Source: Verrucomicrobiota bacterium | Lineage (GTDB): Bacteria > Verrucomicrobiota > Verrucomicrobiia > Verrucomicrobiales > DEV007 | NCBI GenBank assembly: GCA_045046875.1 | Contig: JASFYY010000029.1 | Span: 1 to 61,132, forward strand | Reading direction: 5' to 3' | Length of the DNA stretch: 61,132 nt | Shown: piece by piece, positions 27,910 through 36,967 of the stretch | Numbering within the stretch: position 1 is the first letter of the stretch | Layout of the letters: the number at the start of each line of letters is the position of its first letter | Position numbers and translations under genes: made by a program | Notes under the pieces: model-generated | What the model saw: only the letters and a program-made list of their open reading frames with translations | Database searches by the model: none | Told to the model about the DNA's origin: nothing

Positions 27910-28776
27910 ATGATCGTCAGTGTTGCCAACATCAGCGAAGCTGAGGTGGGGCAGCATTATGATCAATTGAATGACTTCTATCTCGATGTTTGGGGGCGGC
28001 ACCGGCATCATGGTTTTTGGTCAAGCGGGCGGGAGAGTGCGGAAGAGGCGATAGCTTTGATGACACACCGTATTGAGCAAGCGATTCAGCTTGAGCGAGG
28101 AGGGAAGGTGGTTGATGTGGGATGCGGCACGGGGGGCATGAGTTGGGATCTTGTCAGGCAAAAGGAGGCGGAGGTGGTGGCCTATACTTTGTCGATAGAA
28201 GAAAAAAAGTATGCCGAAAGTGGCGCTGATAATGGGGGTGAAAGCGGCGAGCGAGGCAAGGCGCGTTTCATTTGTGGGGATTGGCTGGAGAATGATTTGC
28301 CGGATCATTGGGCGGACGCGGTGATGGTTATCGAATCTTTTTCTCACATGGAAGACCGGCAGGCCGCCATGGCCGAAGCGGTGAGGGTATTAAAGCCGGG
28401 AGGGCGCTTGCTGTTGGCCGATTGGGTGGCGTCACAGAGTCCGACTCAATGGCAGGTGAAAAGGCTGTTGCAGCCAATGTGCCGGGGAGGACGATTGACG
28501 GGCTTGAACAGCCTGGGTGAAAACCGGGAATTGCTCGAATCGTTGCAGTTGCAGGTTTTGCGGGCAGAAGACATCACGGCTTCGGTGGAAAAAACCTGGT
28601 GGGTGATTGCTTGGCGATTGCTGAAAAAAGGATTGAGTGATGGGCTTTATCGAAAATTTATCTGGCAGAGTTTTTGGGCGGATCGCGAGGTATTTTTTGC
28701 GATTCCAAGGGTGATATTGGCGTATCGTCTGGGGTGTTTGAGATATGGATGGCTGGTAGCGCAAAAAGACAGTTGA
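27910..28776 (+). CDS. Class I SAM-dependent methyltransferase (gamma-tocopherol/sterol C-methyltransferase-like)
   Basis: HYD...FY..VWG.H.HHGFW, VDVGCGTGG, IESFSHM, RVLKPGG. Confidence 0.85.
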   Translation: MIVSVANISEAEVGQHYDQLNDFYLDVWGRHRHHGFWSSGRESAEEAIALMTHRIEQAIQLERGGKVVDVGCGTGGMSWDLVRQKEAEVVAYTLSIEEKKYAESGADNGGESGERGKARFICGDWLENDLPDHWADAVMVIESFSHMEDRQAAMAEAVRVLKPGGRLLLADWVASQSPTQWQVKRLLQPMCRGGRLTGLNSLGENRELLESLQLQVLRAEDITASVEKTWWVIAWRLLKKGLSDGLYRKFIWQSFWADREVFFAIPRVILAYRLGCLRYGWLVAQKDS

Positions 28777-28808
28777 TTTAGGGGCTGAATTGAAGCAAGG
28801 ATGCGGCC

Positions 28809-29759
28809 ATGAGTGATCAAGGTGTTGTTTTGTTGTTTTCGGGGCAAGGGGCCCAGATGGTGGGGATGGGTAAGGATTTGTTATCATCGGTGGACGGCAC
28901 GGAGAATCTGGTGGCGCGAGCGGATGAGATCCTCGGATGGTCTTTGAGTGAGGCGATGTTTGACGGGCCGCTTGAAGAGTTGACCCGGACTTCGCGTTGT
29001 CAGCCCGCTTTGTATGTGCACGGGATGTTGTGTTTGCAGTTGTTGAAAGAGCGTCTGCCGGATTTGCAGATTGTCGGCGCAGCGGGTTTGTCTTTAGGTG
29101 AGTTCACGGCTCATGCGGCTGGCGGGACTTTTGATTTTGAAACAGGTTTAAAACTGGTGGCCAAGCGGGGTTTGTTCATGGAGGAAGCTACCGATGCGAC
29201 CCAGGGGACGATGGCGGCGATGATTGGCGGCGATGAAGCTGCGGTGGTGGAGTTGGCGCAGGAATGCGATGTGGATGTGGCAAATTTCAACGCTCCGGGG
29301 CAGATTGTTTTATCAGGAGGTGAAGCGGGCATCACTCAAGCGGTGGCTGGGGCGAAGGAAAAGGGGATCAAGCTTGCCAAGGTATTGACGGTGGCCGGAG
29401 CTTATCATTCACGGATGATGAAGACGGCTCAGGACCAGTTGGCGGAAGAACTCAAGCAGGTGGAGATTCAAGTGCCCCGGATACCGGTGGTGTGTAATTT
29501 TGAGGCGCAGGAAGTATCTTCTGCGGAAGGAATTCGTGCGAGCCTGGAAGCGCAGGTGACGGGTTCCGTTCGATGGACGGAATCGATGCAGTGTTTTCTG
29601 GAGAAAGGAAATACCCGTTTTATTGAACTGGGACCTGGCGGAGTGCTGGCAGGCTTGATGCGTCGTATTGACCGTGGTGCAAAGGTATTAAAAGTCGAGG
29701 ACATGGCTTCACTCGAAGCCGCGGTTGAAGCGCTGGGGGAAATGAAAAATGAAGAATGA
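28809..29759 (+). CDS. fabD: Malonyl CoA-ACP transacylase
   Basis: FSGQGAQ, AGLSLGE, ANFNAPGQ, AGAYHS, VRW, ELGPG. Confidence 0.96.
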   Translation: MSDQGVVLLFSGQGAQMVGMGKDLLSSVDGTENLVARADEILGWSLSEAMFDGPLEELTRTSRCQPALYVHGMLCLQLLKERLPDLQIVGAAGLSLGEFTAHAAGGTFDFETGLKLVAKRGLFMEEATDATQGTMAAMIGGDEAAVVELAQECDVDVANFNAPGQIVLSGGEAGITQAVAGAKEKGIKLAKVLTVAGAYHSRMMKTAQDQLAEELKQVEIQVPRIPVVCNFEAQEVSSAEGIRASLEAQVTGSVRWTESMQCFLEKGNTRFIELGPGGVLAGLMRRIDRGAKVLKVEDMASLEAAVEALGEMKNEE

Positions 29760-29774
29760 AAAATGAGGAATTAA
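29740..29774. repeat. Degenerate heptamer tandem repeat (RAATGAR x5) at the convergent fabD/gcvH-like junction
   Basis: aaatgaa aaatgaa gaatgaa aaatgag gaattaa. Confidence 0.7.
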
Positions 29775-30232
29775 TCCTGGGCGTACTGGGGATCTTCTTG
29801 CATTTTGGTGATGGTTTGGTCGAGCAGGGCGATGTAGCCGTGCACGTCCATCGTTCCAGCTTCGGGCTCTCCTTTGGCGCTGTATAACCAGCCGTCTTCA
29901 TAAGGTGAGGAACGCACGATGCAGGCATCCTCGTCGAGGATGGGATTGCCGCCCTGGAAGGTTCCGTTGATGGTGCAAAAAACATCGGAGGCGGCTTTGA
30001 AACCTTCGACCCAGCCGAGTTGTTGACCGGTTTCGATGGCAGCTCCCGGTTTGACTTCAAACTCAGCTTCGACAAGCTCGCCCAGCATGCGGGTGGCAAA
30101 TTTGGTGAAACCTACTCTCCACAGATCTTGTTGTTCGGGATCTTTTGCCATCCAGTAATGAGAGGGGGAATAAAGGTAATCTGCAGGCAGGCGGGTTGAG
30201 AAACGTGCGTGTTTGAAGCGAATGAGTTCCAT
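29771..30232 (-). CDS. Glycine cleavage H-like lipoyl carrier protein
   Basis: Y..SHYW, VGFTKFA..LGE, VEGFKAASD (lipoyl Lys), PYEDGWL. Confidence 0.85.
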   Translation of the reverse strand: MELIRFKHARFSTRLPADYLYSPSHYWMAKDPEQQDLWRVGFTKFATRMLGELVEAEFEVKPGAAIETGQQLGWVEGFKAASDVFCTINGTFQGGNPILDEDACIVRSSPYEDGWLYSAKGEPEAGTMDVHGYIALLDQTITKMQEDPQYAQD

Positions 30233-30315
30233 GATCGAATAACAAAATAATGTCTTTGCCTAGGATGCACGGAGCTGGGTGGATGCGCAAATGATTTGGC
30301 GAAGGGCCGCGGCAT

Positions 30316-30349
30316 AAAAAAACCGCAGCGATGTGGACCGCTACGGTTT
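30316..30349 (-). terminator. Rho-independent terminator
   Basis: Minus strand reads AAACCGTAGCG-loop-CGCTGCGGTTT followed by a T run, just downstream of the thioredoxin-like gene. Confidence 0.75.
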
Positions 30350-30366
30350 GGATGGAAATTGTAGAC

Positions 30367-30948
30367 TTAGCTGCTAGGGACTTTTGCCGCTGCGTCTTGC
30401 CAGATTTTTAATGAACCTTCAGGGTCACTCATAACGAATTCTCTGCCGAAAGCGGTGAGAGGGGTGCCGTCGGGAGCGATTATGATCAGGGTGGGAATCC
30501 CTGGTATTTGGAATGCTTGCGCGAGCATGTCGCCCTGCTGGCTCTTGGATCCAGCAAGAGAGGGCCATTTCATTTTATAAGTTTCCATGTATGCTTTTTT
30601 GTCAGCATCCGAATAATCCGAGCTAACAAAAATCACTTCAAAATCATCTTTGTTTTTGTTGCGGAAATCTACCAGCAGAGGGGTGAACTGGTGACAAGGG
30701 GGGCACCAGTTGGCTGAGAAGTAGATGCCTACCATTTTGCCTTTAAGAGAATTGGCTGCGATTTTTTTGCCCTTGGCATCCACCAATTTGTCAGAGAGGA
30801 AATCAAGAACAGTTTGTTCACTTTTTTTGGAAGCCTTACTTTCCTCGGGGCTTTCTTTTTTAGCGGCAGTTTCAGCTGATTGTGCCGGTGTGGCAATGAA
30901 AGACAAGCTGGCTAGAGTAGTAATTAATAGGGGGAAGTTCATTTTCAT
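30367..30948 (-). CDS. Secreted nucleoredoxin/tryparedoxin-like thioredoxin
   Basis: Signal peptide; GIYFSANWCPPC..FTP.L, FEVIFVSSD, GIPTL. Confidence 0.88.
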   Translation of the reverse strand: MKMNFPLLITTLASLSFIATPAQSAETAAKKESPEESKASKKSEQTVLDFLSDKLVDAKGKKIAANSLKGKMVGIYFSANWCPPCHQFTPLLVDFRNKNKDDFEVIFVSSDYSDADKKAYMETYKMKWPSLAGSKSQQGDMLAQAFQIPGIPTLIIIAPDGTPLTAFGREFVMSDPEGSLKIWQDAAAKVPSS

Positions 30949-31072
30949 GTTGAATAAGACGGCTGTTTTTTCCGTTCCTTACAATTAAAGCGATAGCTAT
31001 ATGACTTTTTGTCTATATTTGAACAGGTGAAGCACAGGTTAGTGATTGATCTTTGCTTTTGTGCTTGATGGG

Positions 31073-31870
31073 TTACTGCGACACAAAACGTGTGAGCAAT
31101 CCCTTTTCCCGGGCAATCTTTGTTACTTTGGCAAAGAGTCCGCCAGCAGCGAGCAGGTAAAAGGCGTTGAGGATCGTTGCCCAAAGCAGGTGGTGGCCGG
31201 ACAGGCTGCCGGTTTTGAGAACTTCTCTCATGCCTTCGAATATGTGGGAGCAGGGAAGTGTCCAGGCGACCCATTGTAGCCATTGGGGCAGTTCTGAAAC
31301 TGGATAAAATACAGCGGCGAAGGGTTGGATAAGGAAGGGCACTGCCCAGGCGAGAGATTCGGCGGCGGGCCCCCAGCGTAGGATGAGGGCGGTGGAGATC
31401 ATGCCCAGCGCCCAGCCAAAAATCATCAGATGGCCGAAGAAGGGGACGATATACCAGTTGAAGCTGGTGACGTGAAAAGAATAGAGGGTGGCGGCTAAAA
31501 CGCAAAGCAGGGTGACGGTGAAAGCGGCTCTCAAAAAACCAATGACAAAGGTAGCGAATAGATAGTCGGAGATTCTCACCGGGGCGGCGAAGATGTTGAG
31601 TAGGTTCCTGGTCCATACGTCTTCGAGGAAAAAAATGGCTACTCCCTGTTGCGCCCGGAAAAGGATGTCCCAAAGGATGACGGCTCCGATTAGGAAGCTG
31701 ATGGTGTGGGGGAAATCTCCCTGGGAATTGTTTTGCAAATACTGGGTGAGGTAACCCCAGACGAGCAGTTGCACAAAGGGCCAGAAGGCGAGTTCCACCA
31801 TGCGGATGGGGGCCCTCTGGTAGAGGTAGAGGTAACGCAAAACAAGGGCATGGATGACGCGGAAATTCAC
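31073..31870 (-). CDS. ABC-2 type exporter permease
   Basis: Six TM helices, EDVWTRNL, FYPVSELPQWLQ. Confidence 0.9.
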   Translation of the reverse strand: MNFRVIHALVLRYLYLYQRAPIRMVELAFWPFVQLLVWGYLTQYLQNNSQGDFPHTISFLIGAVILWDILFRAQQGVAIFFLEDVWTRNLLNIFAAPVRISDYLFATFVIGFLRAAFTVTLLCVLAATLYSFHVTSFNWYIVPFFGHLMIFGWALGMISTALILRWGPAAESLAWAVPFLIQPFAAVFYPVSELPQWLQWVAWTLPCSHIFEGMREVLKTGSLSGHHLLWATILNAFYLLAAGGLFAKVTKIAREKGLLTRFVSQ

Positions 31871-31917
31871 GGAGTGGATGAAGGGTGAAAGCTAGGAGTT
31901 TGTTTTTATGGAGAGAA

Positions 31918-32661
31918 TCAAGCGGGAATTACATCACCGCTGCGGGCGATTTGGATGAAGACATCCTCCAGGTTTTCTTTTTCGAAGTGTTCGACCATTT
32001 GATCAGGAGTGCCGGCGTAGATGATTTTCCCTTGATGCAAAAAAACCACACGATCGCAGACCTCTTCGACATCCTTCATGTTGTGAGAGGTGTAGAGGAT
32101 GGTGGCTTGATGATCGTCCCGGTATTGACGAATGATGCCGCGCACTTTGTCGGCGATATCGGGGTCGAGGCTGGCGGTAGGTTCGTCGAGCAGCAGCAAC
32201 TCGGGTTGATTCAAGAGCGCTTTACACAAGTTGAGCCGGGTGGCTTCTCCTGCCGAGAGATGGCCGGAGACGCTGTTTTTGTGGTGTTGCATGTCAAGCA
32301 GGGTGAGCACTTCGTCGATGCGTTGTTTGAGATTTTTGACCCCGTAGAGAGTGCCGAAGACCCGTAGGTTTTGCCACACGTACAAATTGCCGGGCAGGCT
32401 GGTGTAGGTCGAGCAGAAGTTGGAGCGGTTGAGCAACTCGATGCGGTGGTGGGCGAGGTCCTTGCCAAAAACATCAATGCGTCCCGAAGTCGGAGTGATC
32501 AGGCCGAGCAGCATGTTGATGGCGGTGGTTTTACCCGCTCCGTTGACTCCGAGCAAACCCAGAATTTCGCCTTTTTTGATCTCGAATGAGATCTGATCAA
32601 CTGCCGTGAATTGATCAAAAGTTTTAGTCAAATCAGTGACTTTTAAAACGGAATCAGACAT
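31918..32661 (-). CDS. ABC exporter ATP-binding protein
   Basis: GVNGAGKTT, LSAGE, LLDEPTASLD, SHN. Confidence 0.95.
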   Translation of the reverse strand: MSDSVLKVTDLTKTFDQFTAVDQISFEIKKGEILGLLGVNGAGKTTAINMLLGLITPTSGRIDVFGKDLAHHRIELLNRSNFCSTYTSLPGNLYVWQNLRVFGTLYGVKNLKQRIDEVLTLLDMQHHKNSVSGHLSAGEATRLNLCKALLNQPELLLLDEPTASLDPDIADKVRGIIRQYRDDHQATILYTSHNMKDVEEVCDRVVFLHQGKIIYAGTPDQMVEHFEKENLEDVFIQIARSGDVIPA

Positions 32662-32693
32662 TGATGGGAAGAACAGTGAAACTAAAGCTTAGT

Positions 32694-33908
32694 TTATTCA
32701 GGGTTAAGATTATCAAATAATTTGTGAGTGGTGGTGATGATGCGTTCCTCCAGTTCGGGTTTCCATGGGCGGCTTTTAGCCTCATAACCTCCTTCTAATA
32801 AAACGCGTTTGCTGGGAATGTAGCCGCTGTAAACATTTGAATAACCCGCGACCCAAATAGCGGGGCCGCGATCGGCCAGCTCGCGTTTGAGCCTCAATGA
32901 GTAGTCTACTACGACTTCGGTGCCAAGCGCGATCAAAGACAGGTCCTGGCCAAATTGAATGATTTGGATGGGGTAGGGGAAGGGGGCTCGGTCATTGTCT
33001 GTGAATTCAAGATCAACGGTGGTGAAAGATGTTTTTAATGGGCCGTGCAGTGCTTTTTGTTTGGTGACGAGGGCAGCTTCGATCGCCATCGCCAGACTGC
33101 GTCCGTGTTTTTGAGCTAAGATCAGGCTGCTGCGCGGGTAAGGGTTTTGGTCGCCCCCGCAGCCCATCATAAAAAGAGCCGTGGTGCCGGGATGGTCTTG
33201 TTCAAAGTATTTCTGGGCGTACCCTGCGTAGTCTCCGTAAATCTGCCGGAAACCCATCGTGGTATTGTGGCAGGCATAACCAAATACCACGGCTTGCAGT
33301 TGATTTTTGTTATCGGTGATACGGAGCACAGGCACGTCGTGATCAACCGGGCCATCAGGATGAGGACTGTTTATGAATCCTCGATCGGTGGTGGGATAGC
33401 GGCGATTGATAGCAAAACCGGCACGGGCATGGCTGTAGCTGATATGAGCCGGGGTGAGTTTGGTAATGGATTCACCAATGGCGGCAACGATTTTTTTCAC
33501 CATGGAATCGAAATAATCTTTGGCATCATCGCGCCCGTAAGCGGGGCCGCAGTGAGTGTGAGAAGCATTAAGCAACAGCGCATCCGGTGCAATTTTGTAT
33601 TTTTTTTGGACTTCGGCGGCGACTTGTTTTCTGAGTTCGGCAATGACACCAATCAGATCCAGCGTAACCATCACTGAGCGGTTCCCTTTGTTGTCCTCAA
33701 AAGTGATCGCTTTGGCGTGGAGTGCTTCGACGGTGCCTTGCGAAGGTTTTTTCCGCCCACCGTAACCGGCCATGCGAATCGGCTGTCCGGGGGTGATGTC
33801 GGCAGTGGCGATACCGACTTTCCATGTGGTGGGCAGGTCGGTTTCTACTGCAGAGCAACAGATGTGGGATAGGGCAAATAATAACAACAGGGTGAGAATA
33901 GCTTTCAT
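32694..33908 (-). CDS. Neutral/alkaline ceramidase-family protein (secreted)
   Basis: Signal peptide, DITP...MAGY, NASHTHCGP, GYACH, GCGGDQNP, GYSN, GGYE. Confidence 0.85.
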   Translation of the reverse strand: MKAILTLLLLFALSHICCSAVETDLPTTWKVGIATADITPGQPIRMAGYGGRKKPSQGTVEALHAKAITFEDNKGNRSVMVTLDLIGVIAELRKQVAAEVQKKYKIAPDALLLNASHTHCGPAYGRDDAKDYFDSMVKKIVAAIGESITKLTPAHISYSHARAGFAINRRYPTTDRGFINSPHPDGPVDHDVPVLRITDNKNQLQAVVFGYACHNTTMGFRQIYGDYAGYAQKYFEQDHPGTTALFMMGCGGDQNPYPRSSLILAQKHGRSLAMAIEAALVTKQKALHGPLKTSFTTVDLEFTDNDRAPFPYPIQIIQFGQDLSLIALGTEVVVDYSLRLKRELADRGPAIWVAGYSNVYSGYIPSKRVLLEGGYEAKSRPWKPELEERIITTTHKLFDNLNPE

Positions 33909-33931
33909 GGGATGTGGGGGGCAGGAAGAAG

Positions 33932-35356
33932 TTATTTGTTATCAAGTTGATCGTTCAGTTGATGAACTTTTTTGACCAGGGTGTCTTCGATGGAGGGAGA
34001 CCAATGAGTGGGGTGGATGCCGCTGCGAACATAACGCATGGATGTTTTGCCTTCGTAACCGCCCTCTTCAATGATACGCTTGCTGGCGATGTAACACATC
34101 ACGTCATTGGAATAACCGGCGATCCAGATGGCTCCCTTGTTTTTTGCGCCGAGTTCTTTTTTTAGTCTCAGCGCATAATCGATGACCACCTCTCCACCAA
34201 TCGCGGCCAGGGTGAGGCTGTCTCCAAAACGAATGACTTGCACTGGAACGGGATAGCTTTTGGCTAATGATCCATTGTGTTTGAGATCGTCGAGAAGCAG
34301 TTCGGCGTAATGTTTTTCATAGGGGTCTTTGCTCTTTTTTCGTTCAAGTAAGTCAGCTTTTGTGGGTGGGGTGTCGTAAGCGACGGGTGTCCATTCGAGC
34401 AGTGAGCGCAGGGGGCCGGATACGGTGACAGGATTGGCAAAAATGGCGGCATCAATGGCGGTAGCCATGGCGCGTCCATGACTTTCCACATACGCGACCT
34501 TGCGTCGGGGGTAGGGGTTTTGATCCCCGGAACAGCCGTTCATGAACATCGCCACGCTGCCGGGATGATCAGTTTCGAAATACTGCTGGGCGTATCCCGG
34601 CCAGTCACCATGGATCATTTTATCTCCCAAGGTGGTAGCGTGACAGGCATAACCAAAAAGAACCGATTTTAATTTTTCGCCCTTGGCATCATATATTTGC
34701 AAAGTGGGCACGGTTTGATCTACCAGACCATCGGGATTGGGGGAGTTTTTGAAACTTCCGTCAGGCTGTTTGCTGCGACGGTTCATCGCAAATCCACAGC
34801 GAGCGAAGGAGTATTTGAGTTGAGCGGGAGCCAGGGTGGCGAGGGCTTGGTCGATGCTGGTATTTATTTTTTTCACCAGCAGCTTGTTGTAATCGTGCAC
34901 GGCGGATAACAGTTGTTGTTTGTCTTCAGGAGCAATTTTGGAGGAAGCTACTTGGTCGGCCAGGTTTTTTCCGCGTGGTTGGTAAGTGCGGATCATCGGG
35001 CCGCTGTGGGTGTGTGAGGCATTGAGTAGCAGGGAGCCGGGGGGCAGTTGGTGTTTTTGCGTGGTGTGTTTTTCAATCGCATCACGCAGCAAGCGGGGTA
35101 CGCCGACCAGATCGAGAGTGACAATTACAAGCCGTTGACCATCACCGTCTTCGATGGCCAGGGTTTTGGCGTGCAGGTCTTGGCGTATCCCTTCGAAGGA
35201 GCCGGTGCGCGCTGCGTAACCGGCCATCCATATGGGTTTCTCCGGAGTGATCCGGGTGCTGATTGCCGAAGCTTTCCACTCGGTGGTCGCTGGAGCTGCC
35301 TTGCACGTAAGGACGGTTATGAATGAGAGGAGGAGGCTGAGGGTGACTAGACGCAT
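33932..35356 (-). CDS. Neutral/alkaline ceramidase-family protein (secreted), paralog
   Basis: ITP...MAGY, NASHTHSGP, GYACH, GCSGDQNP, GYSND, GGYE. Confidence 0.85.
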   Translation of the reverse strand: MRLVTLSLLLSFITVLTCKAAPATTEWKASAISTRITPEKPIWMAGYAARTGSFEGIRQDLHAKTLAIEDGDGQRLVIVTLDLVGVPRLLRDAIEKHTTQKHQLPPGSLLLNASHTHSGPMIRTYQPRGKNLADQVASSKIAPEDKQQLLSAVHDYNKLLVKKINTSIDQALATLAPAQLKYSFARCGFAMNRRSKQPDGSFKNSPNPDGLVDQTVPTLQIYDAKGEKLKSVLFGYACHATTLGDKMIHGDWPGYAQQYFETDHPGSVAMFMNGCSGDQNPYPRRKVAYVESHGRAMATAIDAAIFANPVTVSGPLRSLLEWTPVAYDTPPTKADLLERKKSKDPYEKHYAELLLDDLKHNGSLAKSYPVPVQVIRFGDSLTLAAIGGEVVIDYALRLKKELGAKNKGAIWIAGYSNDVMCYIASKRIIEEGGYEGKTSMRYVRSGIHPTHWSPSIEDTLVKKVHQLNDQLDNK

Positions 35357-35391
35357 GAGGAGTAGGGGGGGAGGTTTACGTGAGGAGGGAG

Positions 35392-36867
35392 TTATTTTTT
35401 TGCTTTTTTCTTAGCTTCGCGAGCTTTTATTTTTTTCAAAATTGAAGGATGGGGTTTAAAAATGCCGCCGTATTCTGCACGCAGGGCATCGGTGCGTTTG
35501 CGCAGTCGATTGGCCAGGTAGGTGAACTCGGGATCATCGATCAGGTTTTTGGTTTCCATTGGGTCATTCTCCAGATCGTAGAGTTCTTCCAGCACGGGGT
35601 TGGCTTCAAAATAACGACTGTATTTGTAACGCTCGGTGCGCACCCCTTCGTGTTTGCGGATGGAGTCATTCATCATCAGGTGCTCGACCCACAAGTCGCT
35701 ACGCCAGTCTGGAGGGGTATCGATTCCAGTTGTGAGAGGGATCAGGCTTTGCCCTTGCATGCTGTCCGGTTTTTTTGCGCCGGCAAGCTCGATCATGGTG
35801 GCAGGTACGTCGATATTGGCAACCATGGCTGTGGGGCGAGCGCCGGATTTCATTTTTGATTGTGGGCGGGGATCAAAATAGAGCAGAGGGACGTGGATGC
35901 TGAGTTCGTAGGGCAACCATTTTCCAGCATATCCTCGCTCACCGAGGAAATAACCATTGTCTCCGATCATGATGACCACGGTATTGTCAGCCATTCCCTT
36001 TTCTTCGATGGCCTTGCGCACTCGTCCTATATTGTGGTCCACAGCGGAGATCATGCGGTAGTAACCTTTGGTCATTTCTGCGCTTTTGTTTTTTTTGGGC
36101 CAGGGATCGTTGCGCCAATGCCAACGCTCACGGTTCATGGTGCCATCACGAAGGAATTCCGGCAGATCATTGTAGAAAGCAGGATTGGACAGTGGTGCGG
36201 GTTTGAGCTTGAGGTTCTGATAAAGTTTATGAACATGGTCGGGCCAGATATACTGGCGGCTGTCGTTGTCCTCGGCGTGGGGGGCGTTGAAAGCGAGGCA
36301 CAACATCCAGGGTTTGTCGCCAGGGGCTTGGTTGATGAACTCTATCGATTTGTCGCCGGCGATGTCGGTCAAATGGCGAACGGTGCCATCGGGCTGGGTT
36401 TTGAAGTAGGGGTTGCGGTTCATCACTACGGGGCGGTCAAACATTTCACCCATGGTTTTTTTGTTGGGCAGACCGACCCCGAATTTGCCAACGTAGCCGT
36501 TATAATAGCCTGCTTTGTGGAGCAGGGTCGGATAACTGTTGTCGATCCATTCTTGAGAGAGAGGAGGCGTCATGAAGGTGTACCCGTGGGTGCGTTCGAC
36601 AACTCCGGTGAGCATGGAAGCCCGACTGGCAGCGCAGATGGGGGTGGTGACAAAGGCGTTTTCAAAACGAACCCCTTCTTTTGCCAGGCGATCCATGGCT
36701 GGAGTTTTCAGATGCGGGGTGACATTGCCCATCATGTCAAAACGTTGATCATCGGTGATGATGAAAAGGATGTTGGGTTGCTTGCTTGGTGCTGAGTGGG
36801 CAGGGGCGATAGAGGAAAGTATAAGGGCTGCAAGTAGCGCCAAGCTGATGTGGACCGGTGATGTCAT
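35392..36867 (-). CDS. Cys-type (formylglycine) sulfatase, secreted
   Basis: PNILFIITDD, CAASRASMLTG, GKF, PHA, GDNG, ELYDL..DP.E. Confidence 0.95.
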   Translation of the reverse strand: MTSPVHISLALLAALILSSIAPAHSAPSKQPNILFIITDDQRFDMMGNVTPHLKTPAMDRLAKEGVRFENAFVTTPICAASRASMLTGVVERTHGYTFMTPPLSQEWIDNSYPTLLHKAGYYNGYVGKFGVGLPNKKTMGEMFDRPVVMNRNPYFKTQPDGTVRHLTDIAGDKSIEFINQAPGDKPWMLCLAFNAPHAEDNDSRQYIWPDHVHKLYQNLKLKPAPLSNPAFYNDLPEFLRDGTMNRERWHWRNDPWPKKNKSAEMTKGYYRMISAVDHNIGRVRKAIEEKGMADNTVVIMIGDNGYFLGERGYAGKWLPYELSIHVPLLYFDPRPQSKMKSGARPTAMVANIDVPATMIELAGAKKPDSMQGQSLIPLTTGIDTPPDWRSDLWVEHLMMNDSIRKHEGVRTERYKYSRYFEANPVLEELYDLENDPMETKNLIDDPEFTYLANRLRKRTDALRAEYGGIFKPHPSILKKIKAREAKKKAKK

Positions 36868-36967
36868 AGGGTGAAGATGTAGTTCGGTTGAAAAATTTAA
36901 AAGGGGCCTATCCAAGTGCTTGGGTAGGAATTTAAATGGGGATGGGTTTTTGATTTTGCAGAATCAT

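Noticed and set aside
35449..36795. Long + strand ORFs (136 and 311 aa) and the many similar antisense/alternate-frame ORFs across the window
   Set aside because: They lie opposite well-supported genes (here the sulfatase), show no motifs, and are expected shadows of codon bias.
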